A stretch of DNA of 61,969 bases, the filler included, from Candidatus Woesearchaeota archaeon (GTDB lineage Archaea; Nanobdellota; Nanobdellia; Woesearchaeales; BM511): NCBI GenBank assembly GCA_023266675.1. It is 5 parts of 5 records of this genome, joined end to end, with 100 filler letters (N's around TTAATTAATTAA, not from the genome) between each part and the next. Parts side by side here need not be neighbours in the genome. Positions count along the whole stretch, not along the records: positions 1 to 8,505 come from JAHFPP010000058.1; positions 8,606 to 17,061 come from JAHFPP010000059.1; 3 more parts are not named here. The stretch is one strand, 5' to 3'. Every line of letters starts with the position of its first letter. Position 1 is the stretch's first letter. Below the pieces are notes generated by a model. The model saw only the letters and a list, made by a program, of their open reading frames with translations, was not told where the DNA came from and ran no database searches. Below are positions 1-10,478 of this stretch, piece after piece. The translations under genes were made by a program, and so were the position numbers.

Positions 1-1
1 C

Positions 2-421
2 AATAATCAAATTATATATCGGAAGTTTTGTAAATAATAATGAGACTAATGTTACTAAAACTCCAACCAATAATCCTCTTAATGCGCCGCCGCACACAAA
101 TCCAATCACTATGACACGTGCAGGAGTTGGAGAAACTAGAAGCTCCTCAATATTTCTTTGAAACTTTATACCAAAAAAAGATGAAACGACGTTTGAATAA
201 GAATTTGTTATCACCGCCATCATTATGAGTCCTGGCGCAATAAACTGGATATATGAAAATCCGTTGAAACCATTTATCCTTGAGCCTATAAAATTTCCAA
301 ATATCATAAAATAAAGAAACATAGTCACTACCGACGGCAACAGTGTCTGCGGCCATATTCTTAAAAATCTTGTCACCTCTTTATCCACTATCGCGCGAAA
401 AGATATTAAAGCCAAACTCAT
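2..421 (-). CDS. ABC-2 transporter permease (YadH-like), runs off window start
   Basis: Manual translation from ATG 421: MSLALISFRAIVDKEVTRFLRIWPQTLLPSVVTMFLYFMIFG...IAPGLIMMAVITNSYSNVVSSFF...EELLVSP. ATGA overlap with the upstream ATPase stop. Not in the ORF track. Confidence 0.9.
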   Translation of the reverse strand, partial: MSLALISFRAIVDKEVTRFLRIWPQTLLPSVVTMFLYFMIFGNFIGSRINGFNGFSYIQFIAPGLIMMAVITNSYSNVVSSFFGIKFQRNIEELLVSPTPARVIVIGFVCGGALRGLLVGVLVTLVSLLFTKLPIYNLII

Positions 422-1350
422 TTTTTCACTCTCTCAATCATATCAACAAATAATGTTTCAAGACGATTACTCTTATTACGCATATTCATAACGATTATCC
501 CTTCATGTTCAAGTAAACTAAAAAGTGTATTAAGATTCTGAGATTTTGTCAAAACAGCATCAATCGTTGTATCATCAATTTTTATGAGATTATAACCTTC
601 AATTTTAGGCAAATCTTTAAGCGGTTTTTCTAATTCCAGCGTGTAATCATGTAACTCTAACTTTGACAAAAGCTTTTTCTTTGAGGTGTTTTCAATAATT
701 CTCCCTTTATTTATTATGGCTATATTTTTACACAAAAGTTCAGCTTCTTCAAGATAATGTGTTGTAAGGATTACTGTAATTCCCTCATCACTAAGCTTCT
801 GAAGAAATCCCCATGTTTCACGTCTTAGTTCTACATCAACACCCGCAGTCGGTTCATCAAGTATCAGCAGCTTTGGTTCATGAATTAATCCGCGAGCAAT
901 CATAAGCCTTCTCTTCATGCCGCCTGAAAGAGTTCTTGATGCAACATCTCTTTTTTCCCATAACCCCAGCTGTTTAAGATATTTCTCGGCTCTAACTTTT
1001 GCTATATCCGCAGGTACACCATAATACCCAGCCTGAGTTATAAGTATATCAAACACTTTCTCAAACATATTAAAATTTATCTCCTGCGGGACAACTCCTA
1101 TAAGTTTTTTTGCAGAGTCAAAATCTTTATCTATGTCAATGCCAAAGACAGAAACTTTTCCAGATGACTTGTTTACTAGGCCTGTAGTTATTCCTATAAT
1201 CGTTGTTTTTCCTGCGCCATTTGGGCCAAGTAATCCAAAAAAATCGCCTTCATGCACATTAAGGCTTACTCCATTTAATGCAACTACGCCATTCTTATAA
1301 ACTTTTTTTAAATTTGTAATGCATAATGCTTTCATTAAACTAACTATCAA
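418..1350 (-). CDS. ABC transporter ATP-binding protein (YadG-like); start may be 1335
   Basis: Walker A GPNGAGKTT, signature LSGGM, Walker B LILDEPT, H-loop TTHY. Confidence 0.95.
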   Translation of the reverse strand: MIVSLMKALCITNLKKVYKNGVVALNGVSLNVHEGDFFGLLGPNGAGKTTIIGITTGLVNKSSGKVSVFGIDIDKDFDSAKKLIGVVPQEINFNMFEKVFDILITQAGYYGVPADIAKVRAEKYLKQLGLWEKRDVASRTLSGGMKRRLMIARGLIHEPKLLILDEPTAGVDVELRRETWGFLQKLSDEGITVILTTHYLEEAELLCKNIAIINKGRIIENTSKKKLLSKLELHDYTLELEKPLKDLPKIEGYNLIKIDDTTIDAVLTKSQNLNTLFSLLEHEGIIVMNMRNKSNRLETLFVDMIERVKK

Positions 1351-1492
1351 TGGTTTATTTTTATAGATATCCTTTAAAATTATAATAAAAAGTAACCCTA
1401 ACTTTTTTTAATCGTTATTTTGATTCTGCATAGACTAATGAATACTCTTTAAAATCAAAAGAGTTATAAATAAACAAAAAATAATTTACAAT

Positions 1493-2035
1493 ATGATAGC
1501 ATCAAAAATATTTTTAACAAAAGGCGTTGGCATTCACAAAGATAAGCTTGCAAGCTTTGAACTTGCTTTAAGAAACGCAGGAATTGAAAAATGCAACTTA
1601 GTCACTGTATCAAGCATTCTCCCTCCAAACTGCAAGGTTATACCTAAAGATGAAGGATTAAAATTAATAAAGCCCGGCGAAATCACATTTTGTGTTCTTG
1701 CACGCAGCGAAACAAACGAGCCAAACAGGCTTGTAGCGTCGTCAATTGGTATAGCAATACCAAAAGACTCAAATAATTATGGATACCTTTCAGAGCATCA
1801 TGCATATGGGGAAAAAGGAGAGCTTGCAGGAGAATACGCAGAGGACCTCGCAGCAACCATGCTTGCAACAACGCTTGGCGTGGAATTTGACCCAAACCTT
1901 GCATGGCATGAGCGAGAGCAGGTCTATAAGTCATCTGGACACATATTCAAGACAATAAATATAACTCAGTCTGCTGAGGGAAACAAAGAGGGACTCTGGA
2001 CATCTGTTGTTGCAGTTGGCGTGCTACTAGAATAA
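1493..2035 (+). CDS. pdaD: Pyruvoyl-dependent arginine decarboxylase
   Basis: [22 protein letters not shown] (Ser-Ser self-cleavage site), GYLSEHH. Confidence 0.92.
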   Translation: MIASKIFLTKGVGIHKDKLASFELALRNAGIEKCNLVTVSSILPPNCKVIPKDEGLKLIKPGEITFCVLARSETNEPNRLVASSIGIAIPKDSNNYGYLSEHHAYGEKGELAGEYAEDLAATMLATTLGVEFDPNLAWHEREQVYKSSGHIFKTINITQSAEGNKEGLWTSVVAVGVLLE

Positions 2036-2106
2036 GTTAATCGCTTAATAAAAACAGCAACGTTTATAAAACAACCATTATTTTCTTGTGATTAATCTAA
2101 CCTATT

Positions 2107-2204
2107 GAGCCCGTAGCTTAGCCTGGTGGAGCACTCGACTGATATAGGAATTCGTTCCTACAGAGATCGAGCGGTCCGGTGTTCGAATCACCGCGGGCTC
2201 ACCA
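2107..2204 (+). tRNA. tRNA-Ile(GAT) with 21-nt intron at 37/38 (2145-2165), CCA encoded
   Basis: Acceptor GAGCCCG/CGGGCTC, anticodon stem CTCGA/TCGAG, GAT at 2141-2143, T arm CGGTG-TTCGAAT-CACCG, relaxed BHB intron with AGGAA-TTCG-TTCCT hairpin. Confidence 0.95.
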
Positions 2205-2249
2205 TTTTTTATAATATTTTAAGTGAATTCTGATGTTTTGAAGAATTCG

Positions 2250-2303
2250 CTGTCTTTTGCTCGAGCTTTTGTAAAAGGTCGGTGGCAATCACCGCGGGCT
2301 CAC
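2250..2303 (+). repeat. Duplicate of tRNA-Ile 3' end preceded by an intron-like hairpin
   Basis: AATCACCGCGGGCTCAC at 2287-2303 is identical to 2186-2202. Confidence 0.85.
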
Positions 2304-2326
2304 TTTTTCAATTCTTCAGAATTATT

Positions 2327-4159
2327 TTATTTCTCCAAATGGTAAGACATACACAAATAGTTTGTTTTCTTCCTAAAATAAATAGCTGTCCTTATCGCAA
2401 GGCCGACCTGGTTATGCAGTATCTGCTGCCAAATCTTTTTTGGAACAAACTCAGGAATTATTACAGTTACATTGTTATTTGGATATTTTTTCTCAACAGC
2501 ATCAATATATTTCATCAAAGGGTCAATAATCTTCCTGTACGGAGAATCTATCAAATCAAGCTGAATTCCAGGTTTTAATTTATCCCAGTTTTTTGTAATT
2601 AAATCAGTATCTTTCTCATTAATCTTCACGTGAACTGCAACAACATCTTTTGACAAACTTTTTGCAAATGAGAGTGCCTGAACTATCCCATTATGAAATG
2701 TCGGGATAAAAATAATGAAAATATTTCCTTTACTGTGAAAAGGTATTTTTGTAATGTGTTCAACAGATAATTGTCTTGCAACGCTGTTATAATGCCTGTT
2801 TATCAGTTTAAAAAGTGTTACAAGAAGCAGAATAAGGACTATAATCATCCATGCTCCATTAACAAATTTAGTTACAGTAATAATTATCAAAACAACAAAA
2901 GTGATTATGAATCCTGAACCATTAATAATTGCCGAAATAATCCAGTTATTCTCTTTTAAAGTAAAATGTTTTTTAACCATACCTGCCTGAGAAAGAGTGA
3001 ATGACGTAAAAACTCCAATTGCATAAAGCGGAATCAGTAAATGAACGCTTCCCTGAAACAATATTATGAGCGTTATTGAGGAAAAACCAAGAAGTATTAT
3101 TCCATTTGAGAATACTAACCTTTCGCCAAGGTTTGTAAACTGTCTTGGCAAAAACTTGTCTCTGGCGAGAAAAAAGCAGAGCCGCGGAAAATCCGCAAAA
3201 CCTGTGTTTGCAGCAAGAAATAAAATCAGCATAGTAAATATCTGAACAGCAAAAAACAATATGTTTCTCCCGCCAAATATGCTCTCCGCAATTGACGAAA
3301 CGACAGTTCTGTCCTGCAGTGGTGTTACATGAAGCTTTAAAGCGATGAATGTTATTCCAAAAAACAATACAGCAAGAATCAAACCCATTGCAATCAAGGT
3401 AATCCTTGCATTTCTGCTTTCAGGCTTTCTAAAAACAAGAACCCCATCTGATATAGCCTCAATTCCTGTTAATGCAGTGCATCCTGACGAAAATGCCCGT
3501 AAAATCAAAAATATAGTAACGTCTGTTGCGAGTGTAACCTGTGTTTGAACAACAACGGGACTAAGTGTTCCTGTAAAAAACTTGTAAAAACCAATTCCAA
3601 TCATGGCAAGCATGCTTATAACAAACAAATATGTTGGCACTGCAAAAAAAGCGCCGGACTCTTTAACACCTTTAAGGTTTATGAAAGTTATAATAATAAT
3701 AATTACTACTCCAATAATCACTTTGTGGGTATAAAGACTTGGAAACGCGGATGTTAATGCGGCAACGCCTGCAGCAACACTCACGGCAACAGTAAGAATA
3801 TAATCTAAAAGCAGTGCGCTTGCAGCTATAAGGCTTGGTGTTTTTCCAAGGTTGTCTTTTGCCACAACATAAGAGCCGCCTCCTTTCGGATACAATGATA
3901 TTGTCTGGGAGTATGAAACTATTAGGATGCCAAGCAGTATTAAAATAAAAAGTGATATCGGCAAAGAATACGCAAGCGCAGCAGAGCCGGCAAGCATTAA
4001 TACCAAAAGAATTTCTTCAGTCGCGTAAGCAACAGATGACAGTGCATCGCTTGAAAACACTGCAAGCGCTACACGCTTTGAAAGCCTTTGATGGCGGTAT
4101 TCCCAGCTTGGAAGCGGACTTCCCATAAAAAAATGTTTTAATTTGCTTATCAAATCCAT
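2327..4159 (-). CDS. kimA: APC-superfamily transporter, KimA/YdaO-like K+/H+ symporter
   Basis: SSDALSSVAYATEEIL, YPKGGGSY, GCTALTGIEAISDG, LYAIGVF, cytoplasmic C-terminal domain with PEFVP...LHNQ. Confidence 0.8.
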   Translation of the reverse strand: MDLISKLKHFFMGSPLPSWEYRHQRLSKRVALAVFSSDALSSVAYATEEILLVLMLAGSAALAYSLPISLFILILLGILIVSYSQTISLYPKGGGSYVVAKDNLGKTPSLIAASALLLDYILTVAVSVAAGVAALTSAFPSLYTHKVIIGVVIIIIITFINLKGVKESGAFFAVPTYLFVISMLAMIGIGFYKFFTGTLSPVVVQTQVTLATDVTIFLILRAFSSGCTALTGIEAISDGVLVFRKPESRNARITLIAMGLILAVLFFGITFIALKLHVTPLQDRTVVSSIAESIFGGRNILFFAVQIFTMLILFLAANTGFADFPRLCFFLARDKFLPRQFTNLGERLVFSNGIILLGFSSITLIILFQGSVHLLIPLYAIGVFTSFTLSQAGMVKKHFTLKENNWIISAIINGSGFIITFVVLIIITVTKFVNGAWMIIVLILLLVTLFKLINRHYNSVARQLSVEHITKIPFHSKGNIFIIFIPTFHNGIVQALSFAKSLSKDVVAVHVKINEKDTDLITKNWDKLKPGIQLDLIDSPYRKIIDPLMKYIDAVEKKYPNNNVTVIIPEFVPKKIWQQILHNQVGLAIRTAIYFRKKTNYLCMSYHLEK

Positions 4160-4233
4160 TCAATCACACATATTTATCTTAAACTATAATAATAAAAACT
4201 CTTCTAAATAAAAACTTATTGATAACTTTTCAT

Positions 4234-5379
4234 TCAAAACTTATTAAGTTCTTCTTTTATTCTTTTTACTGTGTTTTTCCACTGGAATTTGTCCATGACA
4301 AGCGTTCTTGCATTTCGTCCAAGTTTTACCGCAAGTGACGGGTCTTTCATTATCATCATTATATATTTGTAAAGCATGTAAGGGTCTTTTTTTGAGAAAA
4401 CAAAACCATTGACTCCGTTTATAATATATTCTTTTGCAAGGCCAACACGTGTTACAACTATTGGAATCCCGCATGACATTGCTTCAAGTGTTGAGAGAGA
4501 CGTTGTTTCAGTAAGACTTGGAAGCACATAAACATCCATCGCGTGAAGGTATGTAACAACATTGTCTTTTGAGCCTGCAAGTATTACGCCCTCTTTTCCC
4601 AAAAATGACTTCTTCAAAGATTCAACACCATCTCCAACTATCAGTAGCTTGACTTTTTTATTGTCCCGTCTGACTCGTATATACGCCCGAAGCAGCGTCT
4701 TTAAGTCTTTCTCGTGCCCAATTCTTCCTACGTATCCAATGACAAAGAATGAGGGGTCAATTCCTATCTCAAGCTTCGCTGTGCTTTTAACGCCAACAGG
4801 AAAAAATGTTTCAGTGTCTACGCCAAGCGGGATGACAATTTTTTTTGAACGTATGCCCTGTCCTGAAAGTTTTTCAGAAACTTCTTTTGTAGGAACAAAA
4901 AGGGTACTACACATGTTGTAATATTTTTTTGAATACAGTTTAGTCACTTCATAAAGCGCTCGTTTAAAGATGTAATGCCCTACAGCGTTTGGAACAAGCT
5001 CCCACTCTATTGAATGATTGTAGGCAATGACTTTCTTCTTTAATGATTTTGCAGTTTTTATCGTCGCAGCGCCTATCGGTCCTATTGTTTGAACCCACAC
5101 AATATCAGCAGTTAAGACAACATCCAATATCATTTTTTTGTCAGGTTTTGCAGGAGGGAAATCACCCACATGAAATCTTCTCAGTGGAAAACGCACAATT
5201 TTTATTGAAGGGTCATCATAATGCCCTTTAAAGTTGGCAGTCAAAACAGTAATATCATATTCTTCCTTAAGCCCGGCAATCACTTCAACCAAGAATCTTG
5301 CAACACCATCCCATCTGGGAAGAAAATTATCTGTCGCGATTACAAGCTTTTTTTTTCTTAGCAATTGCACTATTCTCAC
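4234..5379 (-). CDS. GT4 family glycosyltransferase
   Basis: TDNFLPRWDGV, VGRIGHEK, ETTSLSTLEAMSCG (EX7E motif). Confidence 0.9.
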   Translation of the reverse strand: MRIVQLLRKKKLVIATDNFLPRWDGVARFLVEVIAGLKEEYDITVLTANFKGHYDDPSIKIVRFPLRRFHVGDFPPAKPDKKMILDVVLTADIVWVQTIGPIGAATIKTAKSLKKKVIAYNHSIEWELVPNAVGHYIFKRALYEVTKLYSKKYYNMCSTLFVPTKEVSEKLSGQGIRSKKIVIPLGVDTETFFPVGVKSTAKLEIGIDPSFFVIGYVGRIGHEKDLKTLLRAYIRVRRDNKKVKLLIVGDGVESLKKSFLGKEGVILAGSKDNVVTYLHAMDVYVLPSLTETTSLSTLEAMSCGIPIVVTRVGLAKEYIINGVNGFVFSKKDPYMLYKYIMMIMKDPSLAVKLGRNARTLVMDKFQWKNTVKRIKEELNKF

Positions 5380-6062
5380 CTAATCTTATAAAATACTTCA
5401 GCAAACCTGTAGCCATGCAAAAACCCATTTTTTATTGCTTTTGCATAAACACTCCAAAGAAGTGTCAATGATGTGAGTTTCTGGCTTTTAAAATGCGAAA
5501 ATGATTTTAACTTTAGATTAAATGTTTTTTTAATATCGACAATTAACTGCGGATTACGCCTATACGCTAAAGTCAAAGGGCTCCAGATGTCAAAAGCGTA
5601 AACATCTGCATGGCACTTCATTTCATCAAATTCATCAAGGACAATTTTGTTGGTGCTTCGATGATCAATATGCGGGTCGTCAGCATTATGTGTGAATATT
5701 TTTGTAGGGTTCTTTTCTCTAATTATTTCGCCAATTCTTTTTTTGATGTGCAGCCTCTCTGCATCCTCATCAAACTTTCCCTCGGAAAGCCCAAAAAAAC
5801 AGACGCCAGCGCCTCCAATCTCTTCATCAGCCTTTTTTGCCTCACTAACACGTATTTTTATTATAACTTCTCTTTTCATGTGAATATGTGAAGTTTCGCC
5901 ATAGCTGAAAATATAAGTGTAAACTTTCTTCCCCTCTTTTGCATATTTTGCCAAAGTTCCTCCAGGACCAAGTATGTGGTCATCAGAGTGCGCGCAAAAC
6001 ACAAGTATGTTTTCGTCAGACATATCTAAAACTTTATTATCAATCTTTATAAAGTTTATCAA
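5376..6062 (-). CDS. PIG-L/LmbE family N-acetylglucosamine deacetylase
   Basis: AHSDD and HIDH metal-binding motifs, C-terminal HFKSQ and AEVF; overlaps the GT4 start. Confidence 0.88.
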   Translation of the reverse strand: MINFIKIDNKVLDMSDENILVFCAHSDDHILGPGGTLAKYAKEGKKVYTYIFSYGETSHIHMKREVIIKIRVSEAKKADEEIGGAGVCFFGLSEGKFDEDAERLHIKKRIGEIIREKNPTKIFTHNADDPHIDHRSTNKIVLDEFDEMKCHADVYAFDIWSPLTLAYRRNPQLIVDIKKTFNLKLKSFSHFKSQKLTSLTLLWSVYAKAIKNGFLHGYRFAEVFYKIR

Positions 6063-6183
6063 AGAAAATAGATTTTTAAGAGAAAATAAACTTATCCTGA
6101 TTTTTCAATAAAAAATAAATAATTTTTTTCTTAACAACTTTTTCTTTCAAAAAAGAAACGTATAAAAAGAAGTAAGTTTTTTT

Positions 6184-7563
6184 ATGAATATATTTGAAAT
6201 AAAATCATCATTTTTTAATTTAAGTGAAATAATGGAGCATAAAAACAACAATAATCATAATAACGAAGAACATTTTACACCAAAAAATTTTTTGTTTGTA
6301 ACACTTGACGCGCTAATTATTGATATAGCATGGCAGATTTCTAAAGAAGGGCATCATGTTAAATTCTATACGGATAATAAAGAAGACCATGAAGTTGGCG
6401 ACGGATTTGTTCCAAAAGTAGACAAATGGGAAGACGAAGTCGACTGGGCTGACATAATCGTTTTTGACGACGTGCTTGGACAGGGAGAAAAAGCCGAGGA
6501 ACTTAGAAAAAAAGGAAAATACGTTGTCGGCGGAACAGCTTATACAGACAAGCTTGAAGACGACAGAAAATTCGGGCAGGAAGAACTGAAAAAACTCGGA
6601 ATTGTCGTAGCGCCATATTGGGACTTCACATCATTTGAAGACGCAATTGATTTTGTCGAGAAGAATCCGGGAAGATATGTTATAAAACCTTCTGGCGAAG
6701 CGCAGAACATGAAAGGGCTTCTTTTTATTGGAGAAGAAGACGACGGTCGTGACGTTTTGCAGGTACTTTCAGACTACAAAAAAGCATGGGCAGACCAGAT
6801 TCCAAATTTCCAGCTTCAAAAAAGACTCATTGGTGTTGAAGTTGCCGTAGGTGCATTTTTCAACGGAAAAGAATTTTTGTACCCAATCAACGTAAACTTT
6901 GAGCATAAAAAACTTTTTCCAAAAAACCTTGGACCATCAACCGGCGAAATGGGAACAACAATGTTCTGGTCAGGACCAAACAGACTATTCAATCTCACAC
7001 TAAAAAAATTCGAGCAAAAATTTGCAGAAGAAGGATTTGTCGGATACATCGACATCAATTTCATAGTCAACAGCAACGGAATTTACCCTCTTGAATGGAC
7101 GTCAAGATTCGGATACCCGACAATTTCAATACAGCAGGACAGCTTTTTAACACCAATTGGGGAATTCTTCTACGACCTTGCGCGAGGACTTAAACCAAAA
7201 TGGAGAGTAAAAAGCGGGTTTCATATAGGAATACGAATAGTTGTGCCTCCATTCCCATTTGATGATCCTGAGACATTCAATGTAAAATCAAAAGATTCAG
7301 TCATCTACTTTGACAAGCCAACAGAAAGCGTTCATATTGAAGATGTTAAAAGAGTCAACGGCGAGTGGCTTGTTTCAGGAAGTTCTGGTGTTGTTTTAAT
7401 CGTATGCGCATCAGGACAGACAATGAGACAGGCTCAAAATCTTGCATACTCAAGAATAAAAAACATACTAATCCCTCACATGTACTACCGAACTGACATT
7501 GGTGACAGATGGTATGAGGATTCAGACAAGCTTCACACATGGGGATACCTAAGAGAGATGTAA
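6184..7563 (+). CDS. PurD-like ATP-grasp ligase (start may be 6232)
   Basis: LEDDRKFG, VIKPSG, EHKKLF...GPSTGEMG, LEWTSRFGYP, YYRTDIG; lacks the canonical N-terminal GxGGREH. Confidence 0.8.
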   Translation: MNIFEIKSSFFNLSEIMEHKNNNNHNNEEHFTPKNFLFVTLDALIIDIAWQISKEGHHVKFYTDNKEDHEVGDGFVPKVDKWEDEVDWADIIVFDDVLGQGEKAEELRKKGKYVVGGTAYTDKLEDDRKFGQEELKKLGIVVAPYWDFTSFEDAIDFVEKNPGRYVIKPSGEAQNMKGLLFIGEEDDGRDVLQVLSDYKKAWADQIPNFQLQKRLIGVEVAVGAFFNGKEFLYPINVNFEHKKLFPKNLGPSTGEMGTTMFWSGPNRLFNLTLKKFEQKFAEEGFVGYIDINFIVNSNGIYPLEWTSRFGYPTISIQQDSFLTPIGEFFYDLARGLKPKWRVKSGFHIGIRIVVPPFPFDDPETFNVKSKDSVIYFDKPTESVHIEDVKRVNGEWLVSGSSGVVLIVCASGQTMRQAQNLAYSRIKNILIPHMYYRTDIGDRWYEDSDKLHTWGYLREM

Positions 7564-7618
7564 TTTTTTCTTAATTTTCTACAAAATATTTTTAAATAAA
7601 ACTTCTTTTTCATAATTT

Positions 7619-7792
7619 ATGACTAATAATTACCAATTAAAAGAAGATTTATACAGAAGTTCATCTGTGCCAGTTCAAATCATCCAATCTGCGATGTCAG
7701 AACTAAAAACAATCACCAAATTTCAATTATTGGAGGATATCGGCGAAAGTTCAAAGATGTATGACAAATATATCCATTTTTATAATCTTTAA
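7619..7792 (+). CDS. Possible small protein (57 aa)
   Basis: Open frame MTNNYQLKED...IHFYNL fills the intergenic gap; no recognisable motif. Confidence 0.3.
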   Translation: MTNNYQLKEDLYRSSSVPVQIIQSAMSELKTITKFQLLEDIGESSKMYDKYIHFYNL

Positions 7793-7828
7793 ATAAACAA
7801 ATTTGAACTAGAAAACTTTATTAACTTC

Positions 7829-8260
7829 TTGAACTACCTTTTTACCATGAAACTTTGCAGCGCATGTCTACTTGGAATAAATTGCAGATACGACGGCAAA
7901 AATAAGGCAAACAAAAAAATTATTGCTCTCTCAAAAAAAGAAAATTTGATTCCAATATGCCCTGAACAGCTTGGAGGATTAAACACTCCACGAACATTGT
8001 CTGAGATAAAAAAAGATAAAGTTTTCTCAAAAGAAGGAAAAGACGTCACTTTAAACTTTAATCATGGCGCAAAAGAAGCGCTAAAAATTGCAAAAATGCT
8101 AAACATAACGGAAGCGATACTAAAAAACAGGAGCCCTTCATGCGGATGCGGGGAAATTTATGACGGCACATTCTCGGGCAAGATAGTAAAAGGCGATGGC
8201 ATAACAACAAGACTCCTAAAAAAGAACGGAATAAAAATAATTTCTGAAGATGAATTATAA
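7829..8260 (+). CDS. DUF523 / 2-thiouracil desulfurase family protein (start probably 7847)
   Basis: SACLLGINCRYDG, CPEQLGGL, SPSCG. Confidence 0.9.
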   Translation: MNYLFTMKLCSACLLGINCRYDGKNKANKKIIALSKKENLIPICPEQLGGLNTPRTLSEIKKDKVFSKEGKDVTLNFNHGAKEALKIAKMLNITEAILKNRSPSCGCGEIYDGTFSGKIVKGDGITTRLLKKNGIKIISEDEL

Positions 8261-8291
8261 AAAATAAAAAATTTATTATAATAAAAAAATC

Positions 8292-8504
8292 TTATCCAAG
8301 ATAAGTTGGTTTCTTTGACAATTCCTGCTCTCGTGTTGCGATTATTGACTGCTCCTGGATTTTTTTTAGCTTCTTCTCAAAAGCGTCAGCCTGTTTTAAA
8401 AGCGGCGCAGTATCAATTGACAGTGAAAGATACTTGTCAAGTGTTTCAATAATTCCTGCAGCTGCCTTTGAGTCTGGCATATTTGAGAGTGTCTGCACAA
8501 AAAA
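8292..8504 (-). CDS. PAC2 proteasome assembly chaperone family, C-terminal fragment
   Basis: PDSKAAA...IDTAPLLKQA...FEKKL...YLG terminus; truncated at contig end. Confidence 0.7.
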   Translation of the reverse strand, partial: FFVQTLSNMPDSKAAAGIIETLDKYLSLSIDTAPLLKQADAFEKKLKKIQEQSIIATREQELSKKPTYLG

Positions 8505-8505
8505 G

Positions 8506-8605
8506 NNNNNNNNNNNNNNNNNNNNNNNNNNNNNNNNNNNNNNNNNNNNTTAATTAATTAANNNNNNNNNNNNNNNNNNNNNNNNNNNNNNNNNNNNNNN
8601 NNNNN
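8506..8605. other. Artificial contig linker
   Basis: N44-TTAATTAATTAA-N44. Confidence 0.98.
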
Positions 8606-10429
8606 CAAATCAGTTGATGAACCATAAGTGAAGTTTTCATCACTTACACTCCAACTTGTTGAATTAACTTTATTTGTAGAACCGATTGTGCCATTGCTTT
8701 TTACAATACTAATGCGAGAATCTTTCACATCACTAGAAAGACTTCCTGTATTTGTTGACGGGAAAGACCTATTTATTGATGGAATAGTTGTCCACATAAT
8801 ACGAACTGCACCAGTACAAGCATCCGCTTTCAGATTATTTGCAAAGTCATCAGTACCACCAAGCCCACCATATAAACCACAAACTCCTTTTACACCCGGA
8901 TAGGTAGAACTGCCTCCTGCACTACCTCCAGAACCTCCACCACCACCTCCTGCTGTAGCAGTGGTGTCACCAGAACCTCCTGCTCCATTGGAAATTTGTC
9001 CTAATATTCCAACACCACCACTACCCCCTATAATTATAGCACCACTATAAGAACTATAACCTGGACCACCACCTGCACCACCTGATCCACTAGTTCCAGG
9101 TCCTGGTGAAGACGCAGGTGTATCTCCTCCATTTCCTGCATATCCTCCAGCGGCACCATATCCGTAAGTACAACCGCCGTTCCCGCCGCCATCTCCTGTA
9201 CGTGTGCTGCATTGTCCTGCACTAACAGTTCCTGAATTTATAAAATAGTTAGAACTACTTAGACCAGATGTCGGCGATTTTATATAAACAGAATAATTAT
9301 TATTAGGTGTTACTGATATAGTATTTTTATAAGATAAAGCCCCTGGCCCAACACCATTATCTCCAGAACCGACCACCACCACGTTTACACTCGTCACTCC
9401 TGTTGGTGCTATCCATGTGTATGAACCTGGTGTTGTATATGATGCTTCACCCGTTTCGTTTCCTCGTTTGTGTTTGATTGTGATTTCTATTCCTATGATA
9501 TTTGTGTTTGTTGTTGGGATGTTGAAATTGAGGTTTTGTGCTTTTAGATAATTTGTAATATTACTTCCGCTTGGTGTTGCGTACGCGTATTTACCATCGT
9601 TACTTGATGCATTGCTAATATTAGTCCACGCAGTGTTTCCAACGCTTGTGTCATTGGTGATGTTTGTTGAAGTTCCAAGTCCTGTGTTTGTGTTTGTTAT
9701 TTGCGTATCATTTGAAAGTAAATTCAGCATGCATGCAGTTGCACTTTGACTGCTTGCAGAGAAGTTGCTTGCAGTCAGTGTGAATCCTTGTCCTACTAAG
9801 TCATATGCTTTTATTGAAATATTATTTATGTTTATGTTTCCAACGTTGGAAATATTTATTGGAGCGGTTGCTGTTTTATTTCCTGTTCCGGGAATGACGT
9901 TTGTCCACATAAGCGTTAAAGGATTTAATATTATGTTCATATTTGAATTAATGAATACGTGTGCAGAAGAGTTGCTTGCGTTAGCACAAGAATTATCGCT
10001 TATTGACGCGTTAATAGACCAGCTGCCAGTGCCATCATAAAACTTCATGCTAACGTTACAACTGTAATTAGCTTTGTTAACAGTCATATTAGCTAGCCTA
10101 ACACAAGCGCCAGTTCGGTTAGCCTCACCTGATAAATTTAAAACAACAAGCGCACTCGAATCATTCAAATCACTAACGCCATTAATATCGCTAGCCTCAA
10201 AATAAACCTCAACACCAGTAGTTGTCAAAGGACCTGCATTCAAACTCCAAGAACTAAGCGTGCTGTTAACAAAAACAATAACTGGTGCAGAATTTCCAAT
10301 AGACAAAGAAACATTATGCGAGACAGAAACAACATTGCCAGTCAAACCGGCAAAAGAAAAAGGAATAACAAGAACTAAAAATATAATCAAAACAAGAATT
10401 CCTAAACTAAACTTCCCATCAACACCCAT
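8606..10429 (-). CDS. Secreted/surface glycoprotein with glycine-rich domain, 3' truncated
   Basis: Signal-like N-terminus MGVDGKFSLGILVLIIFLVLVIPFSFAG, many NxS/T sequons, Gly-rich block starting YTTPGSYTWIAPTGVTSV. Confidence 0.75.
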
Positions 10430-10478
10430 AATAACAATTAAAAAAACAATAAATATAAACCTTACTAAAAAGAAAAAT

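Noticed and set aside
147..356. 69-aa ORF in the track
   Set aside because: Wrong frame; the region encodes the ABC permease starting at 421.
8550..8561. TTAATTAATTAA palindrome repeated four times in the window
   Set aside because: Synthetic all-frame stop linker inside N runs.
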